From: a virus
Taxonomy: Duplodnaviria; Caudoviricetes
Virus record (IMG/VR): IMGVR_UViG_3300035015_000011
Coordinates: 1 to 53,987 of that record
Direction: 5' to 3' (one strand)
DNA: 53,987 nucleotides
The notes below the pieces were generated by a model that did no database searches, was not told where the DNA came from, and saw only the letters and a program-made list of their open reading frames with translations. The position numbers and the translations under genes are program-made. Positions 8,843-16,519 of the stretch are shown in pieces. Within the stretch, counting starts at the first letter, position 1. The number at the start of each line of letters is the position of its first letter.

Positions 8843-9006
8843 GCAGCACCTCTCAGGATGCCTGCGATGGCATAGTCGGCCACGTCCTCGCCTGTGTCGA
8901 TCGGCATCAGCGCCAGGACAAGGGACAGGACGCCAAAGAGTGCGGCGCCGCAGACAATGAGCACAAGCCAGATGACCAGCCGGGCAAAATCATGAGTATT
9001 CAGCAT
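8839..9006 (-). CDS. Small membrane protein (55 aa), not in the ORF track
   Basis: MLNTHDFARLVIWLVLIVCGAALFGVLSLVLALM...; GAGGGG RBS; stop overlaps the ATG of the next gene. Confidence 0.65.
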   Translation of the reverse strand: MLNTHDFARLVIWLVLIVCGAALFGVLSLVLALMPIDTGEDVADYAIAGILRGAA

Positions 9007-9009
9007 GGA

Positions 9010-9708
9010 TCACACCCCCTCGGCATCGATCGAGGCCTGCTGGACCGCAGGCAGGCGGACGACGGCGGCGTAAAAGGCGCTGGCGCTCAGGACGGCCAGA
9101 AGGGCAATGGCGGCATAGCCAATCATCATCGAACGGGCATAGGCAAGCCGCGTCTCGCGGCTGGCTCCGAGGCGAATGTCGAGCCGCTGCAGATGGGGGT
9201 CGAGATCCGGCGGGGGGGAAGCCGTCGATGAGCCGATGTGATAAGCAGCGCCGGGCTCGTCGAGCGACCAGTCGTAGGGGCGCGACTGGTAGCAGGCTTG
9301 CGCCACGCGTGCAACGGCGGCATGATGCCCGTCAAGGTCGAAAGAGGAGGTCTGCCGATGGGCAGGTTGTTCAGGCTCTGCGCCACACTGCTGGCGCTCA
9401 CCAACGGCACAGCGATTGCCGGTGAGCGGGAGAATGCGCTGTCCCACATTGCCCAGGCGCTGGCCGTCACCAGGCTCTGCCCAACTGCCGACGTCGTCCG
9501 GGGCGCAATGCTGACCGTGGCTGTCGCCAACGGGGTAGACTTCGAACGCGACGAGCACGAGCTCCTGTTCCAGGTTGCCGACCAGGCCAAAGCCTTCAAG
9601 GGGCTTGCGCCCGAGGCCGCCTGCGCGGCCGGGAAGGCGCTCTATGGCCCCGGCGGCGCAAATGTGCCGGGATTGCTGCAGTTTCGATGATGCAAAAACA
9701 GGGGACAT
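9010..9708 (-). CDS. Hypothetical protein with C-terminal TM helix, first ORF after PL (start uncertain)
   Basis: ATG at 9708 with GAGG RBS; C-terminal MMIGYAAIALLAVLSASAFYAAVV; the middle lies antisense to 9358-9690. Confidence 0.45.
   Translation of the reverse strand: MSPVFASSKLQQSRHICAAGAIERLPGRAGGLGRKPLEGFGLVGNLEQELVLVAFEVYPVGDSHGQHCAPDDVGSWAEPGDGQRLGNVGQRILPLTGNRCAVGERQQCGAEPEQPAHRQTSSFDLDGHHAAVARVAQACYQSRPYDWSLDEPGAAYHIGSSTASPPPDLDPHLQRLDIRLGASRETRLAYARSMMIGYAAIALLAVLSASAFYAAVVRLPAVQQASIDAEGV
9298..9326 (+). promoter_or_regulatory. Putative sigma70 promoter of the antisense moron
   Basis: TTGCGC-N17-CATGAT, about 30 bp upstream of ATG 9358. Confidence 0.5.
9358..9690 (+). CDS. Small secreted/periplasmic protein (moron)
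   Basis: AGAGGAGG RBS; signal-peptide-like N-terminus ending AIA; two Cys in the mature part; opposite strand to its operon. Confidence 0.75.
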   Translation: MGRLFRLCATLLALTNGTAIAGERENALSHIAQALAVTRLCPTADVVRGAMLTVAVANGVDFERDEHELLFQVADQAKAFKGLAPEAACAAGKALYGPGGANVPGLLQFR

Positions 9709-9740
9709 GTTGGCCTCGTGCCTCGCGTTGAAGGCCGGCT

Positions 9741-9827
9741 CCCGTCGCTGCTGTCCCGGTTGGAAGAGGATCGTTGCAGCGACGGGCTCACGGCATCCGA
9801 CGCCGGGAGGAGGAGGGCGCCGAATGC
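9741..9827 (-). ncRNA. Putative cuckoo-like (CCUCCUCCC-loop) structured RNA at the 5' end of the PL transcript
   Basis: Hairpin 1 (9793-9827): about 12-bp stem with G-U pairs and loop CUCCUCCUCCC. Hairpin 2 (9741-9786): 11-bp perfect stem enclosing CCUCUUCC. Confidence 0.55.
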
Positions 9828-9831
9828 GGTC

Positions 9832-9885
9832 AAGTATGCGGACAAATGACCTCATGTCAAGTAGATGGAGGACAAATGACCTCAT
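9832..9885 (-). promoter_or_regulatory. PL promoter with two repressor operators (OL)
   Basis: Minus-strand TTGACA (9860-9855)-N16-CATACT; operators ATGCGGACAAATGACCTCAT (9836-9855) and TGGAGGACAAATGACCTCAT (9866-9885). Confidence 0.85.
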
Positions 9886-9987
9886 GTCGTCCCGCGTGCG
9901 GGCTTAAGCCGTTGCGCATGCGCCAGAATCAGAAATGCCGCCAGGCGCGGGGCCGGGCGGCATGGTGTATGGTGTCAGTGGGTGATG

Positions 9988-10737
9988 TCAGACGCCGAAA
10001 AGTTCGTTGACCGTCAGGACCCGGTGGACCGAGGTCACGTGTTCGCGTGCTATTTCAATTTCAGCCGGCGGATTGCGCTTGCCAATGACAAAGGCTTTCT
10101 CCGTCTTCCGGCGATAAATTCCCAATGTCGCTTCACCCTGGGCGTGCTCCCCGTTCCTGCACTGAACCACGACGATGTCGCCGGTGCGAGGTGGTCGGTG
10201 CGGATGGACATAGATGAGGTCGCCCGGAAAATATTGCGGCTCCATGGATGAGCCCTCGACGTATAGACCGTAGATTTCCTTTGCTCCGACCAAGGCCGGA
10301 GGACGCCGCACATAATCCACAATGCCTCCCTCGAACTGAAATGCGCCTCTCAGGTGAGACCCAGCCGCTGTCCCCATCACCGGCACGTCGAGCGGCATCT
10401 CAGCACGCGCGGGGAGCAGTGGAGGTGTGTCGGCCGGCTGGCCATCGACAGCCGCCCCGCGACTGTAAGCTGAAAGCCATGGGCCCAGCAAGTTCTCCGT
10501 GTCTCCTGCCGTCAGTGGAGATGCTCCCGTCGTCAGCCACGCTACGTCTGCGCTCAGCGCTGCTGCAATGCGCTGCAGCGTGTCGATGCGCGGGTGAGAG
10601 TTGGGGCGTTCGAACAGCTTCCGGAAGTAGCTGCGATCCGTACCGACAAGCAGGGACGCGGCTTCCTCGGACAGGCCGAGCTCGTCAATTCGCTGCCTGA
10701 TGCGATCGTGCAGCCCGTTTTTCGCTTTCTGAACCAT
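9988..10737 (-). CDS. cI: CI-like repressor (XRE HTH plus S24 peptidase-like domain)
   Basis: N-terminal HTH (...PRIDTLQRIAAAL...WL), AAG cleavage-type site, YVEGSSMEP motif; divergent from cro. Confidence 0.9.
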   Translation of the reverse strand: MVQKAKNGLHDRIRQRIDELGLSEEAASLLVGTDRSYFRKLFERPNSHPRIDTLQRIAAALSADVAWLTTGASPLTAGDTENLLGPWLSAYSRGAAVDGQPADTPPLLPARAEMPLDVPVMGTAAGSHLRGAFQFEGGIVDYVRRPPALVGAKEIYGLYVEGSSMEPQYFPGDLIYVHPHRPPRTGDIVVVQCRNGEHAQGEATLGIYRRKTEKAFVIGKRNPPAEIEIAREHVTSVHRVLTVNELFGV

Positions 10738-10772
10738 GGGGTCAATTATCCTCGCGGAATGTCCTGATGGAA

Positions 10773-10818
10773 ATGAGGACAATTGTCTCTTGACTATGCG
10801 GACAAATGACCGCATAAA
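10773..10818 (+). promoter_or_regulatory. PR promoter with two operators (OR)
   Basis: TTGACT (10790-10795)-N17-CATAAA; operators ATGAGGACAATTGTCTCTTG (10773-10792) and near-palindromic ATGCGGACAAATGACCGCAT (10796-10815), matching OL. Confidence 0.85.
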
Positions 10819-10825
10819 TCCCGAT

Positions 10826-11080
10826 ATGAAGATGCGAGATCAGATCCTTCTGACGGCTGACACCTATGCGCGGCATCGCGGCGTGGGGCGCAAGCGCGTC
10901 TCGAAACTGGTCCTGAACCGGGGCTCGAAGCTTGACGACATTGCCGGAGGAGGCGACCTGACTACCTCCATTTTCGAGCGTGCAATGCTGTGGTTCTCTG
11001 ACAACTGGCCGGCGGATCTTGCCTGGCCCGAAGGTGTATCGCGTCCTGTAGCGGACCTCTGCCGGGAGGCGGCTGAATGA
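10826..11080 (+). CDS. Cro-like regulator, probably leaderless
   Basis: Small HTH-like protein divergent from cI; ATG about 7 nt after the -10 element, no RBS. Confidence 0.75.
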   Translation: MKMRDQILLTADTYARHRGVGRKRVSKLVLNRGSKLDDIAGGGDLTTSIFERAMLWFSDNWPADLAWPEGVSRPVADLCREAAE

Positions 11081-11243
11081 GTGTGTTTCGATCTTCGTGT
11101 CCATGCTGCGGGCCGCCCTGACTCCGGTTTCGTGATCGCCGTTTCGGCGATGAGCTGACCCTACGTACCCAAACCATTTCCCACGACGGGAAACGACGCC
11201 GGGATTTCCCGGCGCGGGAAACTCTTTGTCCTGAGGTGACCAG

Positions 11244-11747
11244 ATGAGTGTTTCGGAAAATTGGTTCTACAGCGTGAAGGCAGCCCAGCGCGACCTGGTG
11301 AAGCTTTGCGGCACCATCGAGCGCGCAGCGGTCGTCGCCAATATCTCTAAGACGCAGATGGGCCGCTTCGTCAACGCGACCGACCCGGAGCTGATGCCGC
11401 TGCATGTGATCGTCGTTCTTGAAAAGGAATGCGGCCAGCCGGTGGTCACGCAGGTGATGGCATCCGAGCAGGGCCGGCGGCTGACGGACCCGGACGAGGA
11501 GCGCCAGGTCGAGCGCGACGTCATGACGGGGTATGCGGCGCTGATGCAGCAGAGCGCGTCGGTGGTCAACGCGCTGGCCTCGGCCATGGCCGACGGGCAG
11601 GTGACTCCAGTGGAGGCTCAGGCGGTCGACCGTGCACTTTCGTCGATGCAGAACGCGACGCAGGACCTGCGTGCGGCTCTGGCCGGCGTCAAAGCTCGCG
11701 GCGGCGTCAAGGCATCGCTGTCCGTGGTTTCGGGAGAGGGTGCATGA
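11244..11747 (+). CDS. CII-like phage regulatory protein
   Basis: Position after cro; KAAQRDLV...MPL...LE.ECGQPVVT...AMADGQVTPVEA pattern. Confidence 0.65.
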   Translation: MSVSENWFYSVKAAQRDLVKLCGTIERAAVVANISKTQMGRFVNATDPELMPLHVIVVLEKECGQPVVTQVMASEQGRRLTDPDEERQVERDVMTGYAALMQQSASVVNALASAMADGQVTPVEAQAVDRALSSMQNATQDLRAALAGVKARGGVKASLSVVSGEGA

Positions 11748-12007
11748 ACGCGCATCTGCCCATCGAGACGCTGGCCGCAGCCACTGCCGCTGTCGCCTGC
11801 GGCGCAAGCCGTCCGGACGACGTGGCACTCTTCGATGTCGACACGTTCGGCCTTGTGATCGTCGGTCGCGGCCATCCCACGGATCTTGCCTGTCAGCTCG
11901 TCATAAAAAACGACGCGACTGGCGCCGGCTGGAACGCATGGAGCGCCGCTACCTCGACAGTTTGCCGGGTCCTTCGCGCGCGCCGACCATCGCGCCTGTT
12001 CGTCTGA
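11744..12007 (+). CDS. Hypothetical protein
   Basis: ATGA coupling to the upstream gene, GGAGAGG RBS. Confidence 0.6.
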   Translation: MNAHLPIETLAAATAAVACGASRPDDVALFDVDTFGLVIVGRGHPTDLACQLVIKNDATGAGWNAWSAATSTVCRVLRARRPSRLFV

Positions 12008-12017
12008 GGGGGCGCCT

Positions 12018-12494
12018 GTGATTCTTGGCGCACCGAACCGCAGGCTGGAGACGCTTCAGGTCCACCATGGGGTGGTGGTGCCGGGGCTTGCCAAACACGT
12101 CAAGCGCTTTGGCTGCTCGCGGTCGGATCTCTGCACGGCCATTCTGCTGACCGTCTTTCAATCAGAGTTGGTTGACAGCATCCTTGACGGTGACGAGCCG
12201 CGCGGCATTGCTTCGGCTGCCGAGCGACTGAGTGTCGGCGAGGCAGGCCCGCGCCTGCGTTTGCCCTTGCGGGGGCGTTACCAGACCGTTTTTGACTGGC
12301 TTTGCCAGCAAGGCCAGGTCGGGTCGGTCGTCACCGTAGCCCATGCGGACATGGCAAAAGCCCTTGATATGCCGCTCGCGACGGCAAACTCGGCTCTGCA
12401 GACGCTGACCCGGCACGGACTGATCGAGCAGGTTCTGCGGGGCGTCCGCGCCAAGCCGGGCGCCTATCGCGTGCTGATGACGGGGGCTAAGTGA
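12018..12494 (+). CDS. Hypothetical protein with C-terminal winged HTH
   Basis: HADMAKALDM...NSALQTLTRHGLI...GAYRV. Confidence 0.65.
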   Translation: MILGAPNRRLETLQVHHGVVVPGLAKHVKRFGCSRSDLCTAILLTVFQSELVDSILDGDEPRGIASAAERLSVGEAGPRLRLPLRGRYQTVFDWLCQQGQVGSVVTVAHADMAKALDMPLATANSALQTLTRHGLIEQVLRGVRAKPGAYRVLMTGAK

Positions 12495-13207
12495 TGGGCC
12501 AGAACCGTTCTTCTGCCGTGATGGCGCAGCGCAAGGAAGCGCATGACAGCCTCGATGACTTCCCGACGCCGCCATGGGCAACACGAGGGTTCATCGAACA
12601 TGTGCTGATGCCGCGCATGATCAGCCGGGGCAAGATGCTGGCGCGATCGACCGCGTGGGACCCGGCCTGCAATCGCGGCTTCATGGCAAGGCCGCTCGGC
12701 GAGTATTTCGCCGACGTCAAGGCGACCGACATCCATGACTATGGCTATGCCGGCCACCAGAAGACGGCCGACTTCCTCTGGCCGGGGTCCGAGCAGGGTC
12801 TTGGTGACGTCGACTGGGTGATTACCAACCCGCCCTTCCGTCTCGCCGACCAGTTCATCGAGCGGGCCTTCGACCTCAACGTCGAAGGGTTCGCCTTCCT
12901 GATGCGCACGGCCTTCCTCGAAGGCGATGGCCGCCACACCCGCATCTTCTCGCGCTTTGCGCCGACCGTCGTTGCCCAGTTTTCGGAACGGGTGGTGATG
13001 CACAAGGGCAAGATCGTTGACCCGAACATCGCCGTGCCGGTCGAGGACAGGAAGTCCGGCGAGACCGTGATGCGCAAGCCGAGCACCGCGACCTCCTACA
13101 TGTGGTTCGCCTGGCTGAATGGCCGGAAGATCAACACCGCCTCGGAGCTGGTCTGGATCCCGCGCTGCCGGCAGGAGTTGGAACGGGAGGGCGACTATGC
13201 GCTCTGA
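12494..13207 (+). CDS. SAM-dependent DNA amino-methyltransferase (N6-adenine type)
   Basis: DDFPTPPWAT, WDPACNRG (motif I) and ITNPPF (motif IV). Confidence 0.85.
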   Translation: MGQNRSSAVMAQRKEAHDSLDDFPTPPWATRGFIEHVLMPRMISRGKMLARSTAWDPACNRGFMARPLGEYFADVKATDIHDYGYAGHQKTADFLWPGSEQGLGDVDWVITNPPFRLADQFIERAFDLNVEGFAFLMRTAFLEGDGRHTRIFSRFAPTVVAQFSERVVMHKGKIVDPNIAVPVEDRKSGETVMRKPSTATSYMWFAWLNGRKINTASELVWIPRCRQELEREGDYAL

Positions 13208-13616
13208 CCTGATCCGTCTCACCGTCGTCACCGATTCCGCCGAGCGCGCGAGCCTTGCGATCTTCGGCTTCCGTCTGCGGACCGCCGCGCTCGAGGCGCC
13301 CTGGTGCCGCTTCGTCGAGAAGGCAGACGATTTTGCGACGATCCCCGACGGTGCCTCCGTCATGGCGATCTGGTTCGACGTCGAGCCGCTTCTCGACATC
13401 CGCTGGTTCAACGAACGGCACAAGCGCCGCTTCAATGACGACTGGGGCATCCATGCTGCTCGTATCGACGCCTGGCTTGCCGAGCGCGAAGCGCGGGAGC
13501 TGGACCTGCTCGCCCGCGCTGGCTCCACCGATGAAGTCGTGGCCGACCGCCAGCCCTTCACGGTGCCGATGGCCGCCGCCATTCCCCAAACCCCGCCGAG
13601 GACGATGTGGTCATGA
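13197..13616 (+). CDS. Hypothetical protein
   Basis: GGAGG RBS, overlaps both neighbours. Confidence 0.6.
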   Translation: MRSDLIRLTVVTDSAERASLAIFGFRLRTAALEAPWCRFVEKADDFATIPDGASVMAIWFDVEPLLDIRWFNERHKRRFNDDWGIHAARIDAWLAEREARELDLLARAGSTDEVVADRQPFTVPMAAAIPQTPPRTMWS

Positions 13617-14128
13617 GCGAAATCACCCTGTTCGGCCCTTGCGCCATCAGCGAGAGCGTCTTTGCCGCCATGGCGCCGCACCTGAAGACCGAGGCCCTGC
13701 GACTGATGGCCGAAAGGGGCATGCCCGCTGGCGCGATGTGTGATGCGACGGGCGCCACGGCTTGCGAGTTGAAGACGATCAGCGCGCAGTCTCACCGGAT
13801 CATCCTGAAGACGGGCGAGCGGGAGGCGTCTGCGACGCGCGGCAAGAAGTCGTTCGGGCTGTCCGATTCGGCGCGGCTGATCCTCCTGATGATGCGCGAC
13901 CAGGCCGGCACGCTCGCGGCCTCCGTCTTCTCGATCGGCTACGACATCGGCAAGTCGACCAGCAGCGTGCGCGACGCCCTGAGCCTTCTCGTTGGCCGCG
14001 GGCTGATCGTGCTCACCGCCCCGTCGGCCGGCAAGAACCAACCGGCGCAATACCGCATCACACGCGAGGGCGAGGCGCTTTGCGACACGCTGTCCGCCAT
14101 GCCCGAGGGGGAGAACGACGATGCGTGA
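13613..14128 (+). CDS. Winged-HTH protein
   Basis: IGYDIGKSTSSVRDALSLLVGRGLI...YRITREG. Confidence 0.7.
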   Translation: MSEITLFGPCAISESVFAAMAPHLKTEALRLMAERGMPAGAMCDATGATACELKTISAQSHRIILKTGEREASATRGKKSFGLSDSARLILLMMRDQAGTLAASVFSIGYDIGKSTSSVRDALSLLVGRGLIVLTAPSAGKNQPAQYRITREGEALCDTLSAMPEGENDDA

Positions 14129-14426
14129 CGCGCCGTCAAGGATTCTGCTCATCGTCGGACCTTATCCGGGTTTCGTGCGCGACTGGGCCCGACGCATGGG
14201 GCTTTCCGCAGCATTGGTGCGCGGCAGTGTGCGCATCGTCACCAAGCCCGGCCAATTGCGCGGCTGGCGCGCGGGCACGCTCTATCACGTCGTCGGTTCC
14301 GACCAGATGGACGGCGAGCAGAGGGGAGAGTTCGCCGCCGCGCTGAAGGTCTACGGCGAAAAGGGGCAGTTGCGATGTGCGACGCCTGATGATGTGCAAT
14401 CCGTTCTTGACGAGGTGACGGCATGA
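14121..14426 (+). CDS. Hypothetical protein
   Basis: Overlapping operon gene with GGGGAG RBS. Confidence 0.65.
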   Translation: MRDAPSRILLIVGPYPGFVRDWARRMGLSAALVRGSVRIVTKPGQLRGWRAGTLYHVVGSDQMDGEQRGEFAAALKVYGEKGQLRCATPDDVQSVLDEVTA

Positions 14427-16519
14427 ACATGCGCACGCTTTTCGACACGGCCTCGCCGGTTGCCATGCCAACGCTCTGGAAGGGGCGGCCGATGATCGTC
14501 GACAGCTTTGCCGGTGGTGGCGGGGCCTCGACCGGGATCGAGATGGCGCTGGGCCGCTCGCCCGATATCGCGATCAACCACAATCCGGCAGCGCTGGCGC
14601 TGCATGCGGCGAACCATCCCGAGACGCTTCACCTGTCGGAAAACGTGTATCACGTCGACCCGTTGGACCACATGCGCGGTCGCCATATCGGTCTTATGCA
14701 CTTCTCGCCTGACTGCAAGCACTTCTCCAAGGCGAAGGGCGGCAAGCCTGTCGAGCGCAATATCCGCGACCTTGCCTGGATCATTCCCGGCTGGATCGAG
14801 CGCATCCAGAAGAGCGGCGGCAAGGTCGACGTCGTCACCATGGAAAACGTCGAGGAATGGAAGGACTGGGGACCGCTGGTGCAAACCGAGCGGGGCCTGA
14901 TGCCTTGCCCCGACCGGCGCGGGCAGACCTTCGAGGCCTGGTGCAAGGCAATCCGCAAGCTGGGCGGCAAGATCGAATGGCGCGAACTGCGTGCCTGCGA
15001 CTATGGCGCGCCGACGATCCGCAAGCGGCTGTTTGTGGTGATCCGGTTCGACGGCAAGCCGATCGTCTGGCCTGAGCTGACGCATGGCGATCCGCGGAGC
15101 GAGGATGTCATCGCGGGCCGCAAACTGCCCTGGCGCTGTGCCGCCGAGATCATTGACTGGTCGCTGCCTTGTCCGTCGATCTTCGATACCAAGGCGGAGA
15201 TCTGGGAGAAGCACCATCTGCGGGCCGTGCGGCCGCTGGCCGACAATACCATGGCGCGGGTGGCGCGCGGCATGAAGCGTTATGTGCTCGATGCGGAGCG
15301 GCCGTTTCTGGTCAACATCACCCATGGCGGACGCGAGGAAGATCTTGCGGAGCCCATGCGGACGATCACTGGGGCGCACCGGGGCGAGAAGGCGGTGATT
15401 GTCCCTCACTGCATGACGATGCGCAACGCTCAGAAGCCATTCAACGGTGCTGATGAGCCGCTGCACACGATCACTGCAGGCGGGGCAGGCATGACCGTTG
15501 TCACGCCTGTCATCACCTACGCGCAGCAAGGCGGAGGGGTGCGCTCGGTCGAAGAGCCGCATCATACGATCACTGCAAGCGGCAAGGACCAGAACGCCGT
15601 GATCGTGCCGACGCTGATCCAGACGGGATATGGCGAACGGGAAGGCCAAGCGCCGCGGGCGCTCGATATCGAGCAGCCGTTGGGCACCGTCGTCGCCGGT
15701 GGCGTGAAACATGCTGTCGTCGTGCCGACCATCGTCGGCTGTGGCGGTCGCGCAGGGCAGAGCAGACCGCGGGGCGGGGATGAGCCGGTGGCCACACTGA
15801 CCACCAAGGCTGACGGTTGCGTGGCTACCGCCTTCGTTGCTCAACAAAACAATGACAGCCGCCGGATCGGAGGCGTCAATCCTGGCCGTGGCGCGGACGA
15901 GCCCTTGTCGACCGTGACGGCGACGGGTGCGCAGCAATCGCCCGTCACAGCCTTCATCGCGCGCCAGTTCGGCAACAGCACCGGGCACGCGATTGACGAG
16001 CCGCTGGGCACTGTCACAGCAGATGTGAACAAGTCGCAGCTCGTTGCACCGTTCTTCTCCAAGTATTACGGGACCGGCGATGGAGCCCGTCATGACGAGC
16101 CATGCCACACGATCACGGTCAATGACCGCTTCGGCCATGTCGAGACCTCGATCGAGGTGCCGCCTTTCCGGCCAGAGCAGGAGGCGCGGGCGCGCGAGGT
16201 GGCGGACTTCATGCGGGCGCACGGCTTCTGGGATGAGCGCGAGTTCGTGACGCTCCATATCGCTGGCCAGACTTTCGTGATCGTCGACATCGGCATGCGC
16301 ATGCTGTCGCCCCGCGAACTGTTCAACGCGCAAGGTTTCCCGCCAAACTACGTCATCGATGGCGTCTGGGAAGGCGAGGGCGAGGCTCGCCGTTTCGTCG
16401 AGTTTCCGAAGGATGTGCAGGTCAGCTGCTGCGGCAACAGCGTGTCGCCGTTCCCTTATGCCGCGCTCGTGGCGGCGAACTGCGGGGATCTCGTCGAGGT
16501 CCGGGAGGCGGCGGAATGA
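14423..16519 (+). CDS. DNA (cytosine-5) methyltransferase with tandem internal repeats
   Basis: DSFAGGGG (I), SPDC (IV), MENV (VI), RKRLF (VIII), RML..RE...AQGFP (IX), GNSV (X). Confidence 0.92.
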   Translation: MNMRTLFDTASPVAMPTLWKGRPMIVDSFAGGGGASTGIEMALGRSPDIAINHNPAALALHAANHPETLHLSENVYHVDPLDHMRGRHIGLMHFSPDCKHFSKAKGGKPVERNIRDLAWIIPGWIERIQKSGGKVDVVTMENVEEWKDWGPLVQTERGLMPCPDRRGQTFEAWCKAIRKLGGKIEWRELRACDYGAPTIRKRLFVVIRFDGKPIVWPELTHGDPRSEDVIAGRKLPWRCAAEIIDWSLPCPSIFDTKAEIWEKHHLRAVRPLADNTMARVARGMKRYVLDAERPFLVNITHGGREEDLAEPMRTITGAHRGEKAVIVPHCMTMRNAQKPFNGADEPLHTITAGGAGMTVVTPVITYAQQGGGVRSVEEPHHTITASGKDQNAVIVPTLIQTGYGEREGQAPRALDIEQPLGTVVAGGVKHAVVVPTIVGCGGRAGQSRPRGGDEPVATLTTKADGCVATAFVAQQNNDSRRIGGVNPGRGADEPLSTVTATGAQQSPVTAFIARQFGNSTGHAIDEPLGTVTADVNKSQLVAPFFSKYYGTGDGARHDEPCHTITVNDRFGHVETSIEVPPFRPEQEARAREVADFMRAHGFWDEREFVTLHIAGQTFVIVDIGMRMLSPRELFNAQGFPPNYVIDGVWEGEGEARRFVEFPKDVQVSCCGNSVSPFPYAALVAANCGDLVEVREAAE

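Noticed and set aside
10738-10825. Longer starts for cI (10815) and cro (10736) given in the ORF track
   Set aside because: They run through the operator/promoter region; 10737 and 10826 fit the switch geometry.
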